From: Octopus sinensis
Lineage: Eukaryota
Length of the DNA: 64,000 bases
NCBI RefSeq assembly: GCF_006345805.1
Contig: NC_043004.1
Coordinates: forward strand, 88,908,001-88,972,000
Direction: 5' to 3'
Below, in pieces: positions 39,986-55,690 of the stretch. A program made the translations under genes and the position numbers. Below the pieces are notes generated by a model, which saw only the letters and a list, made by a program, of their open reading frames with translations, made no database searches and was not told where the DNA came from. The stretch's first letter is position 1, and each line of letters starts with the position of its first letter.

Positions 39986-40557
39986 GACGGGCTTCATTCC
40001 ATTTCCGTCTACCAAATCCACTCAAAATGATTTAGTTAACTCGAGGCTATGGTAGAAGACGCTTGCCTAAGTTGCCACGCGGTGGGACTGAACCCGAAAC
40101 CATGTGGGTGAGAAGCAAATTTCTTATGATTTTTAGATTTCGCGTATTTTTTCAGGGGAAGCTGAGAGCCTAAGCAAACTGAAGTAATATTACTGAATAC
40201 TTATTATTCGATTGCTTAATAAACAAAATAATAATTAAACCTAATAAGCTGTTTAACAGACCCTTTTCTTCTTTTTTCTTTTCTTTTTTTTTTTTTTTTT
40301 GAAGCACGGCATTCTCATTATATATAGGGCCTTCAGCTTTTCTATAATTAGCAGGGGGAAAATGCTTTGCGGGATTCGTTCCGGACTCTTAATGATCTGT
40401 ACTCAAATCCTGCAAAAGTCAACTTTGCCTTTCATCCTTTCAGGGTCTTTAAGATAAAGATACCAGTAAAGTACTAGGGTTAATAGTATCAACTAACACC
40501 CCGGCCCCAAAATTGCTGGCCTTGTGCCAAACTTTGAAACTATTATTATTATTATTA

Positions 40558-40592
<35 letters not shown>

Positions 40593-40982
40593 ATTATTAT
40601 TATTATTATTGTTTTCAAATGTTGGCACAAGGCCAATAATTCTGGAGGAGGAGTGTAATATATCGTATTATTATATAATTATATATCATTATTAATGCTT
40701 TATTATTATTGTTGATATTGTTGTTGTTGTTTTTATTTAGGCGGTGAGGCTGGCAGAATCGTTAGCACGCCGGGCAAAATGCTTGGCGGCATTTCCTCCG
40801 TCTTTACGTCCTGAGTTCAAATTCCACCCAGGTGGATTTTGCCTTTCATACTTTCAGGATCGTTAAAATAAATGCCAGGTGATTACTGGGGTCGGTGTAT
40901 TCGACTTACCCCTCCCTCAGAATTGCTGGCATTGTGACAAAATTTTGAAACCATTATTATTATTAATTATTATTATTATTAA

Positions 40983-41050
<68 letters not shown>

Positions 41051-41555
41051 TTGCGTGATTGCTGCTTTGTTTTTATACGGTTTGTTCCAACTCTCACCCA
41101 CAAGACCTCAAATAACAGTTAAGTTGGACGTTTTACCGTGGTTGTTATTTATGATTAGGAATGATATGTTGTAGAGAAAGGCGACCAAATACTAGGAATT
41201 AAGGTTCCGTTAAAAAATTTGTTGTAATATTTGCACTTTTGAAAAAAAGTTTTAAGAGAATCATGAGAACAACATTTTGCAGTTCTGTTACTTTTTGGTT
41301 TCCTGGTATTTGAACATAGTGTTTAGGGGTGTCATTTGGTATTATGCCCCAAAGTCCCGATGATCACAAGTACAGTTATTATTCTTAGATGGCACCTTTT
41401 GGAGGCCTCTAATTCAAAGTCTATATATATAGTTTTCAATTTTTTTCTTTTTAACTAAGATGTTGCAATCTGCTGGAATTAACATATCTATAAACAACTA
41501 TGTTTTGTCAATGCGATTATTTTCCCTACAATATTTGATCTATTATTATTATTAT

Positions 41556-42360
41556 TCCGGCAGAATCGTTAGCGTGCAGGACGAAATATTTAGCGATATT
41601 TCGCCCGTCGCTGCGTTCTGAGTTCAAATTCCACAGAGGTCGACTTTGCTTTTCGTCCTTTCGAGATCGATAAATTAAGTACCAGTTGAATACTGGGGTC
41701 GATGTAATCGACTAGTCCCCTACCCCAAAATTTCAGGCCTCATGCCTTTAGTAGAAAGGATTATTATTATTATTATTATTATTATTAAATACGTCCCGAG
41801 TTCAAATTCCGTCGAGGTCGACTTTGCCTTTCATCCTTTCGGGGTCGATAAATTAAGTACCAGTCAAACACTGGGGTCGATGTAATTGACTATCCCCTCC
41901 CCTCCCATATTTCAGCCCTTGTGCCTATAGAAGAAAGGATTATTATTATTTTTTTATTGTTAAGGCGGCGAGCTGACAAAATTGTTAGGACACCGAGCGA
42001 AATGCTGAGTTCAAATTCCGCCGAGGTCGACTTTGCCTTTCATCCTTTCGGGGTCGATAAATTAAGTACCAGTCAAACACTGGGGACAATGTAATCGACT
42101 ATCCCCTCCCCTCCCATATTTCAGGCCTTGTGCCTATTGAAGAAAGGATTATTATATTTTTTTATTATTGTTAAGGCGGCGAGCTGACAAAATTGTTAGG
42201 ACGCCGAGCGAAATGCTGAGTTCAAATTCCGCCGAGATCGACTTAGCCTTTCATCCTTTCAGGGTCAATAAATTAAGTACAAGTTGAGTACTGGGGTCGA
42301 TCTAATCGACCATCTCATCCCTAAAATTTCAGGCCTTGTACTAATAGTACAAAGAATGAT
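41556..42360 (+). mobile_element. Tandem cluster of four SINE family 2 copies (~190-210 bp each, (ATT)n tails)
   Basis: Repeated GAGTTCAAATTCC...GGGGTCGATAAATTAAGTACCAG...AGAAAGG(ATT)n. Other copies at about 1560-1715, 4215-4420, 7272-7495, 29035-29432, 31942-32245, 40738-40950, 44545-44700 and 49945-50150. Confidence 0.85.
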
Positions 42361-42692
42361 TATTATCATTATTATTATTATTATTATTATTATTTCTATT
42401 ATTATTATTATTATTATTATTATCATTATTATTATTGAGATAGTAGATTGGCAGAATTGTAAGAGCGTCAGAGAGGCTGCTTTGCAGTATTTATTCCAGC
42501 TCTTTCCCTTCTACGTTCAAATCCCGCCAAGGTTAACTTTGGCTTTCATCTCTCCAGGGTCGATAAAATGAAATATCAGTCAAGAACTAGAGTCAATGGT
42601 ACAGGGTGCGGTAGAAATACCTCCCACATTTGAAATGCTGACAAAAGTTTAAAAAAAAAAACAACATTTATGAAAAATTAATTTTACTGTTA

Positions 42693-43106
42693 CTCTCTTT
42701 TACTCTTTTACTTGTTTCAGTCATGTGACTGTGGCCATGCTGGAGCACCGCCTTTAGTCGATCAAATCGACCCCAGGACTTATTCTTCGTAAGCCTAGTA
42801 CTTATTGTATCGGTCTCTTTTTGCCGAACCGCTAAGTTACGGGGACGTATACACACCAGCATCGGTTGTCAAGTGATGTTGGGGGGACAAACACAGACAC
42901 ACAAACACGCACATACACATATATATATATATACATATATATACGACGAGCTTCTTTCAGTTTCCATCTACCAAATCCACTCACAAGGCTTTGGTCGGCC
43001 CGAGGCTATAGTAGAAGACACTTACCCAAGGTGCCACGCAGTGGGCCTGAACCCGGAACCATGTGGTTCGTAAGCAAGCTACTTACCACACAGCCACTCC
43101 TACGCC
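42693..43106 (-). mobile_element. SINE family 1, full-length copy
   Basis: Reverse complement of the 22323-22710 consensus from head to tail. Confidence 0.85.
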
Positions 43107-46030
43107 TATTGTTGTTTAAATTAATTTTACTGTTGTTCGTTAGCTTAAATGAAAACATTCTTGGCACTTGCATAACTTCATTAGCAACACATAGGTGAAA
43201 GCTTAAAATGTGGGAGGTATTTCTGCTGCACCCTGTATTAATTAGACGACCCCCCCCCCGCCCCATCATCTCAAAAATGTTGGCTTCATCCTTAAAGTAG
43301 AAGCAATCCTTATTGTTAACTTTCCTTATTTTTCTTACAACTAAAATCAGAGAATGCTGTAGGGCAAGGTGCTATTGATAAGCCCAAGCTGCAGCTCGGT
43401 TTTGATTCTCATCAAAACCACTTTACATCATTTATGGTATACTAATTCCTTAGGAAGAACAAGCATAAACATTACAGCATCCCGCTCAACTCTTATATAT
43501 ATATATAAAAAAAAAAAGATCTAAGGCCTCTGTATCTATGTAAAAAAAAATTATTATTACATCAATGAGAGGATAGAAGTTCAGCCGTTGTTCAGCACTA
43601 AGATTAATAGAACATCTCTCTACATCCACTGTTCAAATACCTCCAGGGTTGACTTTGCGTTTCAGCTTTCCAGGGTCGATGAAATAAATTTCTCATTTTC
43701 TGGGGTCACTTCAATTTAATGTAATCTCTTCTACAAATTTGGGGGCCTTGTGTCTTTTCATTAAAAAAAAATTATAAGAGAAGAAAAAATCACTGTTGTT
43801 AGTTAGAAATTCAACTTTATGCAGCTGACATACGTTTTTTTCAGAAAACCAAACAAACAGAAATGTCAATAAATATACTTTAAAAAAATAATAAACAGAA
43901 AATTCTCTCTTGTACTCTACACTTTGCATATCAAATTTTGGTTGGAATTACTATTTCCAGATAAGCTGTCAAATATAATTATTTGTTTCTATTGTTGAAA
44001 AATTCCCAAAAGACCTCAGAAGACAAAAGAAATGTGAATAAAAAAAATCTGAATCTAAAGCTGTCTTTTTGTATTTTTGTCTTTTTCTTCAAAAAAATTT
44101 CTCATCTCTTTTACTTAATATAATAAATACTATGATTGTTTATACTGTTGAAATTACAAGTATTTGTCTCTGAATGTGTGCGTGCATGTTTGTATGTGTG
44201 AGTATGCATGTGTGTTTATGGTTTTTTTTTCTTTTTTATTTTCATTACTGTTTCATGAAGGCACGTGGCCTAGTCGTTAGGATGTTGCGCTCCCAATCGT
44301 AAGATTGTAAGTTCGATTCCCAGACCTAACACTGCATTGTGTTCTTAAGAAAAAAACATTTCATTTCATGTTGCTCCAGTTTACTCAGGTACAGACAAGT
44401 CCCAGGAACGGTTGGGGAGTTAAACCTTGCAACGGATAGGCATCACATTCAGGAGTGGAGAGTACTGTGATCTCAGTTACTTATTCGCCAGGTAAACTGG
44501 GTTAAGCTCCAGCCCCATGGGTTCTGGGGATCATGACACACCTAAGTCTATCGTTTCATGTACTTATTTTATCGTCCTCTGCAAGGATGAAAAGCTAAGT
44601 CGACCTCAGCGGAATTTGAACTTGTAGCGTAAAGAGGGACAAAATGCTGCTAAGCACTTTGCTCGTTGCAGTAATGATTCTGCCAGCTTGCCACCTTAAG
44701 AAGAAGAGAAATATTAAAGAACCTTTGATGTCAAATAAATCTGCATTGAATCAGCAACACCAAATAGGTGGCACCAATGCAGCTATACAAAAATGTTTCT
44801 ATTTTTTTCGACACATATTCAAATCCAGCTGAGGAAAACTTTCCCTTTCATCAGGTTTTAAATAAAGTATCAGTTAAACACTAGTTTTATTTAATCGACT
44901 GTCCCCCTCCCCTCAAAATTACAGGTTTTGTATCTAAATCAAAAAACAGTTATTTCAATGATTGATGGAGACGTTTGTAGGTAAACAATAATATTATGCA
45001 CAGACATTTTTTTTTTCTTTCAATATTTTTTGGGCGGAATAGAGAGAGAGACATCAGAATCTTATATTTTTCTTTTCTTTCATCAGAAATTGATCCCAAG
45101 AATACAAACTAAACAAAAAATAACAATTTTTTAAAAATGAATTTTAATGCTCCATTTCACTTAATTTATATTTTGAATGCCACTTCATAAATACAGACCA
45201 TCCGACAATGCTGACCACCCCCTATCACCGCCACCACTACCACCAGTGCCACCTCTACTTCGGACTCCTTAGGCTTCATGTCTATACCAATAAGTCTTGT
45301 TTGGAATAAATTACCACAATCTTTATAAAGTGGAACCTTCTTATGAAACTATGTTGTAACCATTTCATTAATAGTAATGAATGACAGCTCTGGAAAATGC
45401 AGGAAGTTCCCCACAACTCACCAATCTGTCTCTTCACAGTGATGTAGCTAAAATATGTGCCACTCCTCTGCCTTCACCCACTGCTTCCTGTATAGTCTAT
45501 ACAGCAGACCCAGAAGTGATGCCACACCTCCATAAACCATTGCATGGTGCAGACCACCCACATCACAACCTCCTAGCTGTGCCACTGTCTACTCAAATCA
45601 ATGAGGAAACTTATATGTGGTTTCTTGATCTGCTAGAAATAGTACTCCAGTGTCAGCTTTGGTTCGGTTTCTATGGCTAGATGCCCTTCCCAGTGCCAAC
45701 CACTTTACAGTGTGTACTGAGGGTTTTTTCATGCCACCAGCACTACTGAGTTTGCCTATGTCCAACAAAATATATTTTGTTGAACTCATCATTATATATT
45801 TTACTGTTTTACTCTTTTACTTGTTTCAGTCATTTGACTGTGGCCATGCTGGAGCACCGCCTTTTAGTCAAGCAAATCGACTCCAGGACTTATTCTTTGT
45901 AAGCCTAGTACTTATTCTATCGGTCTCTTTTGCCGAACCATTAAGTTACAGGGATGTAAACACACCAACATCGATTGTCAAGTGATGTTGGGGGTGACAA
46001 ACAGAGACACACAAATATATACACACACAC

Positions 46031-46083
<53 letters not shown>

Positions 46084-49000
46084 TATGACAGGCTTCTTTC
46101 AGTTTCCGTCTACCAAATCCACTCACAAGGCTTTAGTCAGCTCGAGGTTATAGTAGAAGACACTTGCCCAAGGTGCCACACAGTGAGACTGAACTATGTG
46201 GTTCGTAAGCAAGCTACTTACCACACTGATCTAATACTTGTTAATTCAAAGCCTTTCCAAACATACATCATTGCATACATTTCCTTTCATCTCTCCAAAG
46301 TAAAGATATAGAACTTTCAACTTATCTTAATAGCTCAGCTGTTCATAGATATGATCTTCATTATGAAATATTATTGGATTTCTCTTAGTTTGTTGGTGAC
46401 ATAAACTATAAGATACCTCACATGTAAACAATAGTCCAAACATCTGAGAGCAAGAATCTTCCTCACTCGGAACATCTTCATCATGTTATATTCATCCAAA
46501 TGTTTTCTGGCTCCATCCTGTCAGTTGTGTGAAATTTGATTCTATTTTAATAATATGAGCATTAAAAACATGTAATTCTAGAATGCCGATGTAATTCTTC
46601 AATGCCAATTCTTAACAATTTTTGATGCTTCAAATATTATATTCTGAGAAGTCAACAACATTAAAAACCTGGATAAATTCTAAGGATTTTTTATGTTTGA
46701 ACAAAATTATTGCATGCAAGCATTTATAACAATATTTGCCATTTGCTATATTTTCAGTTATTTCTCTCTCCCTCCCTTTTTTTTTTGCTGTATATTGATC
46801 ATTCAGACAGTCTTATTATAAGATTAACCATTAGGATATCCTGGTCTCTCACAGACTTTGTTCTAGTATTTATGGTCTTCTTTGATTCTGAGTATCCATG
46901 CTGCAATGTGCTTGGATGTTGATAGCAAAGTGCTTGAACTTTCTTCAATGTTAAATTGTCCATTGCTTCATCCTCTTGTCTTTATGCAGCATCAAGGTCC
47001 TACTGCAGGAATTTAACATCATTTGGCCTCTTAATTAACCTCCAAATTTCAGCATTATTAGCATCACTAGGAAGAATGACTTTTCTGGCATTCACAAATC
47101 TATCAATGATGGAGATATTGCAAATATTAATGGTTTTGAGACAATTAACTGAGGTACAATACTGGATTGTATTGTACCTCAGATGCAATCCAAACTGTTT
47201 GAATCATGTCTCTAAGAATGATGGCAGTCTTTCATAGTCCCAGAAAGATGGTTCTGCAAATTCTTGCTGAAGAATCTACGCAAGTGATTTGTCTATATTT
47301 CTCAAATGTGTGTGCTATACGTTGGCTCATTCCCTCCATCAAAATGACATTACCTGTTAAGGTGCTTGGTGTACCACACATCAGGTGTTGAAATGATTGC
47401 AAAGCAACATGAAATGAAGTGTTTTGCTCAAGAATACAACACACCACTTGGTCCAGGAACTGAAACCATGATCTCATGATCATGAGTACAACACTCTAAC
47501 CACTGTCCATGTGTCCTCATTCTCTTAGATTTGTCACACAATAACTTCCCCAGGTTTTTTTTTTTCTTTAGAAATGCAACTATGGCAACTCATCACATTC
47601 TATAACCAACTATTTTGATAGCGCGTGCACACACACACATACACAAGCACACATACACACACACATACATATGCACATATACAGAGGAAAATACTTAGTA
47701 GAAACAGAATCCTTATACCCTTTTTTACTTCCTTAAAATGTAGATGTATAACAACAACCCATCCTTATACAGTAATACTATAAAACATTGGTGTCTTTAT
47801 AGACAGGTTTTGGCTTTTGTATTGACATTAGTGCTCACTTATGGCAGTCTTGAGATCGAATTTCACGTTAACACTGTGATCTTAGACAAGACACTCAACC
47901 ACACATGGTTCAATCCATCAAGCAGAAGAGGCTTGAAAAAGAAATCACATATTCTTAAACATTATAGAAATTCACTTTTTAAAGTTGTCTCTGCAAATTT
48001 TCTATAGAACCTAGAGCCAGCACAGCAAGTTATGACATTTCATATACAAATAAGTATATGTAAACAATGGAATCAAAGATAGAAAAATCGGTAATGGATG
48101 TATGTACATATTTCAGGAATTTTTGCTCCTTCTTCAGTGCTAAATCCAACTCACTAACCATCCACAAACACATTGCTTAAATAGCTACTTAATATAGCAG
48201 AATAATACTATTGGATATAGCAATTTTACATAAATGCATTATAGAAATAATTCTCAATATTTCGTTTTATGAGTTTAATAAAGGCAACAACACAACTGAA
48301 ATTGTGAGGAATATTAATGTAGTATATGGGGATTGGACAATAAGCGTAAGCCAGTGTCAACGGTGGTTCCAAAGATTCTGAGCCAGAAATGACAGCCTAG
48401 AAGACAAGTCTCATCCTGAAAGGTCTGTAGAGATTGATGAGGACATCCCTGGGCAAAAAAATTATTTGAATACGGTTTTTTTAAATGGTTAATTGTAGAT
48501 CGACTTCTGGTTTAGGGTTGTAAAGCCTCTTTCTGTCATCAGTACAATATACCCAAAGTATGTAAATGCAAATATTTATATATACCCATACAAATAACAT
48601 ACATCCACATGATTATATACATACATTTACATGTACACACTAGTTAATTTAATTTTTTCCCATCTCAACCACGTGCTTGTATGATCAAAATAATATGGCA
48701 GTGAATGTAATTTGATCAGGAGAAAAAAATATACATTTATACAAAATTAAGGATAAAACCATTTTAATGATTTTATCAAGTGGCCAGTTTGTAATATTAC
48801 CATACTGATAACAATTTATACTAATATACTAATATATGCATACATGTTGTGTTTGCTCTGTGTTTGTGTGTATGTGACACAATGTGGCCAAATGTTTAAA
48901 AAGTTTGCTGTGCAACCATGAGGGTGCAAAGCAAACTGCTTAAATGCCTACAATGCACTTGTCTTTGTCAAATGTTATTTTCCAAAGCCTCAGGTCAACT

Positions 49001-50909
49001 TCTGAGTGAAATTAGGTGGATGGAAATTGTAAAGAACCCTTTAGAAGGATTATACTTGTGATTCAAAATTACAGCATTATGAGGCACTGTATCAAACTTA
49101 CATTGAGTATACCCGTCTCCTCGGGATACTCATCCACTTACTCAGCGTTTCAGGAGCAGATAATTCAATTGATCAAACTGAATCATCACCATTGAACAGA
49201 CTGAGAACCATCATTGAGTGATGGCTAAGTTTTAATTGTAAATTCCTCCAGCCATGCAGCTGCCACAAGGCCTCCATTTTAGCTGAGTAAAGTGAATCAG
49301 TTCAATCCTCCAGGTGGAAAATCAATCCAAGAATCAAAGCCATGATTTAACAGTCATCTGTCCTGCATTCCTACCAACAGGCCACACATTTTCACATTTA
49401 CATATTATCATCATTTAACGTCCACTTTTCCATCCTTGCAAAGGTCAGATAGAATTTGTTGAGACAGATTTTCTACAATCAGATGTTCTTCGCTTTTCTT
49501 GTTATCAAGCTTCACCGCTTTCCAAGAAAGGTGATATTTCTCATGGCTAGATATGTTATCCAAACAAGTATGCAAATTAAGCTATTCCCTAATGAACTAG
49601 TCTAATTTATGACTGTTTCCTGTGGCAGCTCATCTATGCTATTTGATTGGAGAAGGTAGCTGAATATGTCTTCTCACTTGTATGACAAAGATGCTCATTT
49701 ACATTCATCACATGTGGTATCAAGACAAGGGTACACACAAACACACATACACATACACCACATATATATATATACAATGAGCTTCTTTCAGTTTCCATCT
49801 ACCAAGTCACAAAGCTTTGTTTTGCCTGGAGCTATAGTAGAAGATACAGGTCCGTGGTGATGCACTGTGGGACTGAACCCAAAGCCACATGACTGTGAAG
49901 TAAGCCACACATCTATGCCTGTGCCTACATATGCCTAATATTATTTTCAATTTTTCGCACAAGGCCAGCAAATTCGAAGGGAGAGGTAAGTCAATTACAT
50001 TGATCTCAGGGGTCAACCAGTATGTATTTTATCAACCCTAAAAGAATGAAAGACAAAATCAACCTTGATGGAATTTGAACTCAGAAAATAAAGACGGATA
50101 AAATGCTGCTTAGTATTTTGCTAAGCAGACCAACAATTCTGCATATGGCTAACAATAACAATACAAATACAAATCCTGGAAGCACTCCGTCGGTTACGAC
50201 GATGAGGGTTCCGGTTGATCCGAATCAACGGAACAGCCTGCTCGTGAAATTAACGTGTAAGTGGCTGAGCACTCCACAGACACATGCACCCTTAACGTAG
50301 TTCTCAGGGATATTCAGCGTGACACAGAGAGTGACAAGGCCGGCCCTTTGAAATACAGGTACAACAGAAACAGGAAGTAAGAGTGGAGTGAGAGAAAGTT
50401 GAGGCGAAAGAGTACAACAGGGGTCGCCACCACCCCCTGCCAGAGCCTCGTGGAGCTTTAGGTGTTTTCGCTCAATAAACACACACAACGCCCGGTCTGG
50501 GAATCGAAACTGCGATCCTCCGACCGTGAGTCTGCTGCCCTAACCACTGGGCCATTGTGCCTCCACACAAATACAAATAGAACTTAAAGAAACACCATTC
50601 CTTGGTGATTATGATAGACATTAAGCTAAAAGCTATCTTTTGAAGCACTTTTCTGAGATTCCTGTTGCTGATAGAGATTTCCTGAAGATGATAAATAATC
50701 ACCTCTCTTTAGGTCTTTAGAATCAGGTAAATGGAATATAAACGAATCAGTCAGATTAATAAGATAAAATTTCAAGCCGGTCAACACCGATATAAATTAC
50801 AAATTATATTAATTTACTGGTAAACATCACCAACAAAAGCTTCATTTGATAATTGAAAATTAATTGAAAGGTCAATTGTCCACTCGTGTGTGTGTGTGTG
50901 TGTGTCTGA

Positions 50910-50948
<39 letters not shown>

Positions 50949-51132
50949 CATGTGCATATGTACACAAATATTTGCTTATATACGCATGTATACATACATA
51001 TATATATGAATGTATACACATATATATGCATATATGTATGTATGTATGTATGTATGTATACACATACACTCACACACACACATCAGACAGTATCATAGGA
51101 TACTATCCTACAATTCCGTGTGATGTGTGTGT

Positions 51133-51183
<51 letters not shown>

Positions 51184-51205
51184 CACATATACACACATAC
51201 ATACA

Positions 51206-51271
<66 letters not shown>

Positions 51272-52716
51272 TATATATGTATGCACACACGTAGTTGCAA
51301 ATCATTCTTCTGGTTAAGAAGCTCTCTTCACAACTCTGTCATCTGGGTGCAATTCCGTTGAGTACTATTTTAGATAAATGTCTACCAGCATAGATTTGGG
51401 GTGATTGATACCTAGCAACTCAAATTTGGTGCACAAAAACTGTATTGAACTTCATCATATAAATATCTGTCTGCATTTATGTGTAGTCTGCATGTGTAAA
51501 TATTGTCTATGTGTATATTGGTGTAAATTATTTTCAGTATTTGCATCACTGAAGGGAGTTAACTCTCCAGAAGGGCCATAACTCAATGCTACTTGACACC
51601 GAGCTCCACAATATAAGTGCTGAACTAAGTGGGATGAATATTCCTGGAAGGCATTGCTCCATCATAGCTGTACACAACAGTGCAGTCAGCTGTCACCTCT
51701 GGGTGAGTGATGGTTTAGAAACATCTACCATTCTTCCTATGATGTTGCAAGGAAGTTTGGACACCCTCTCCTTTCCATGGCATTTGATCCAGCAGAACAT
51801 CTAGGATGTAATAGATGGTGGGAAAGAGTGCTACACCAGTATTCTGAATAGACTATGGAGGCAACATGATGAAATGAAGATCCTTGCTTAAGGGTACAAT
51901 GCATCACACCACTGGTCAAGAAATTGAAACTATCGCTTTATAATCATGAGAAAAACATCCTTACCACTTCGGCCATCAATAAAAGAAGATAAAAACAATA
52001 TATTCAGCACACACACACACACACAAGTATACAAACATATATGTATAAATATGCACAGACATGGCAGTGTGGTAAGAAGCTCGCTTCTCAACCACATGGT
52101 TCTGGATTCAGTCCCACTACGTGATAGCTTGGGCGTCTTCTTCTATAGCCTCAGGCCAACCAGAGCTTTGTAAGTAGCAGGCAGAAACTGAACGAAGCCT
52201 AGGAGTGGCTGTGTGGTAAGTAGCTTGCTTACCAACCACATGGTTCTAGGTTCAGTCCCACAGCATGGCACTTTGGGCAAGTGTCTTCTACCATAGCCTT
52301 GGGCCAACAAAAGCCTTGTGAGTGGATTTGGTTTCGGAATTAGATCAACCGATCGATCTAATTCCGAAACGTGTCCACAGGTAATCAAATACTGAGTGAA
52401 TATTCGTTATTGTTCCTCTCTACCTACATGAATTGTTTTTTGAGTACATGTTGTCCAGGAGTTTTCTTCTTATAGTAGAAGAAATAGCTAAGTTCTTTGG
52501 CTGCTATTTCTAAAGTTCGGTATGTGGTGAAGCAAATTTTTTTGCTGAACCCTAATTATAATTATACTCATAATTATAAGAAATATTGTTTAAGTCTACC
52601 GAAAATGGTCCTTTTAACATGCCGAATACTACTTGGTGAAATTATTAATTATTAATTAATCAATTAATTTTACCCTTTATTATTATTGATAATATATATA
52701 TATATATATATATATA

Positions 52717-53107
52717 TCATCATCATCATCGTTTAACGTCCGTTTTCCGCACTAGCACGGGTTGGACGGTTCGACCGGGGTCTGGGAAGCCAGGGGCTGC
52801 ACCAGGCTCCGGTCTGATCTGGCAGTGTTTCTACAGCTGGATGCCCTTCCTAACGCCAATATATATATATATACTTGCATGGTGATGATGTAGATGTCTT
52901 CAAAACAAAACTGGATCTCCCCCTGTCATTGATTCTGGATGAGCCTACTTCACGGCAGGAAACACAGATGAGGGCAGCAGCATCAAACTCCCTCTTTCAC
53001 CAAATGCCACATATCAGAAGAGGTCTCAAATAATGAAGGTTTAGCAAATCCAATAGTGGTGCCCCAGCATGACCACAGCCTTCGAGCTGGAGCTAGTTAG
53101 TTTAAAG

Positions 53108-53149
<42 letters not shown>

Positions 53150-53900
53150 AAAAGACCAAAGACCATCTGAACGTTGCCAGCGCCGCCTTGGCTGGCTTCC
53201 GTGCCGCTGGCACGTTAAAAGCTCCAACCGATCGTGACCGATGCTGGACCCCCCCTGGCAGCTGTGCAGGTGGCACATAAAAAGCACCCACTACACTCGC
53301 GGAGTGGTTGGCGTTAGGAAGGGCATCCAGCTGTAGAAACTCTGCCAGATCAGACTGGAGCCTGGAGCAGCCCCTGGCTTCCCAGACCCCGGTCGAACCG
53401 TCAAACCCGTGCTAGCACGGAAAACGGACGTTAAATGATGATGATGATGAACGATGATGATATCATCATCATCATCATCATTATCATCATCGTTTAGCGT
53501 CCACTTTCCATGCTAGCATGGGTTGGACGGTTCAACTGGGGTCTGGAAAGCCAGAAGGCTGCACCAGGCCCAGTCTGATCTGACAATGTTTCTATAGCTG
53601 GATGCCCTTCCTAACGCCAACCACTCCATGAGTGTAGTGGGTGCTTTTTACGTGCCACTGGCACGGAGGCCAGACGAGGCTGGCAAACGGCCACAATCGG
53701 ATGGTGCTTTTTACGTGCCACCGGCACGGAGGCCAGGCGAGTCTGGCAACAGCCATGATCGGATGATGCTTTTTACGTGCCACCGGCAGAGAGGCCAGGT
53801 GAGTCTGGCAACAGCCACGATCAGATGGTGCTTTTTACGTGCCACTGGCACGGAGGCCAGTTGGGGCGGGGCTGGCAACGGCCACGTTCGGATGGTGACT
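52717..53900. mobile_element. Three copies of a (CAT)n/(GAT)n-tailed SINE in alternating orientation, one with an internal ~62-bp minisatellite
   Basis: 52727-52859 and 53460-53620 are reverse complements of 53311-53450. Four ~62-bp units lie at 53639-53895. Confidence 0.8.
52876..53035 (+). mobile_element. 3'-end fragment of a CR1/Jockey-group LINE
   Basis: FKTKLDL...ILDEPT...RAAASNSL-like terminal motif. Confidence 0.45.
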
Positions 53901-54314
53901 ATATATATATATACACATGCAGAATTGGTTTCTTTCAATTTCCATCTACCAAACCCTCTTACAAATCTATGGTTGGCCTGGGGCCAAAGGGGAATGTACT
54001 TGCACACAATGGGACCGAACATAGAACCATGTTGTAGTTGGGAAGCAAACGTCTTAATGACACAGTCATCTCTGCACCCATGGAGAAATATTGCACTAGA
54101 TACTAAGGAGATATGCTGTATGGAAGTTTACACCAGCAAGAACAGTGAATGAAGCAAGGGAGATTTTAATAGGCAAGGAAAGAAAGCCATGTGTTGTGCA
54201 TATGCATGTGTATGTGAGTGTATAGATATATATTTATGTATGTGCATATGTGTGTGTGCTCGCATACATATATTCATGTGTATGTGCATATATATATGTG
54301 TGTGTGTGTGTGTT

Positions 54315-54350
<36 letters not shown>

Positions 54351-54799
54351 AACATACATACACGTCTTCTCACAAAAATGGATTTTTTGCCAAGCCTATT
54401 AAATTTCTCTTGCCTCCTTCACTATTCTCATATGTTTAATTTTTCCATACAACATAGCTCCCCAATCTGTAGTACAATATTTCTTCTGTTTTTTTTCCTT
54501 TTTGTCACCTTCTTCCCATTAATATATTCCAACATAATAATAAAAAGGCTCAGACATAACTACACCTATGCATGTATAAGTGCAGTTTAGACATAAATGC
54601 ATGCTTGCATGGGTGAGTATATGTACACATACATACACCAACACATACATTCACCAACACATACATACACCAACATATACACACACACACACACGCACAC
54701 ATAACACATGCATTGGGGTGGGGATGGAGGTAGAGATATCCTTACATACAGATAGGGAATTAATATTCATATAAATGTATAAAATAAGTGAAATATATC

Positions 54800-55451
54800 A
54801 TCTCCTCAGCTAATTGTGAGTCAACATAAACATGAACATTTTATGCGTGTGTGTGTGTGTGCGCACGTGTGTATATATATTATATATATATATATATATA
54901 TATTCACACACATATATATGTATGTATATATATATGTATATATGTTTGTGTGTATGTGTGTGTATATGTGTGTGTGTATGCATATACATACATACATATA
55001 TATCTATCAATCTATATACATATGCACAACAAACACACACATGCGTGTATGTATGTGTATATGTTTGTGTGTATGTGCGTGTATATATATATTATATATG
55101 TACACATGTGTATATGCTTATATGTGTATGCATACATAATGCATATATATATATATATGCATACTTACGTGTATGAGTATACAAATACACGTGTGTGTAT
55201 GCATATGTGTATATGTATACATGTATCTATCAATCTATATACATACACACAACACACATGTGTTAGCAAGTACATTTGTGTGTGTATGTATATATATATA
55301 TATATATATATTATATACTTGTATATGTATGTGTGTGAATGCAAATGTGTATGCATGCATATATATGCATACATGTGTATGAGTATACATGTGTGTATAT
55401 GTATATATATGTTTACATATATATCTATCAACCTACATACATACAACACAC

Positions 55452-55482
<31 letters not shown>

Positions 55483-55549
55483 TACATACATACATACATA
55501 CATACCATACATACATACATACATACATGCATGCATGCATTACATGCAT

Positions 55550-55596
<47 letters not shown>

Positions 55597-55621
55597 TACA
55601 TGCATGCATGCACGCACGCAT

Positions 55622-55690
<69 letters not shown>

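Noticed and set aside
46330-47200. Frame-broken coding-like segment (similar pieces at about 8640-8980, 23640-23900, 45300-45640 and 51540-51830)
   Set aside because: Probably retroelement ORF relics, but I could not assign a family with adequate support.
53639-53895. Repeats with partial palindromes, superficially CRISPR-like
   Set aside because: There are no unique spacers or cas genes, the context is eukaryotic, and the units lie inside a SINE.
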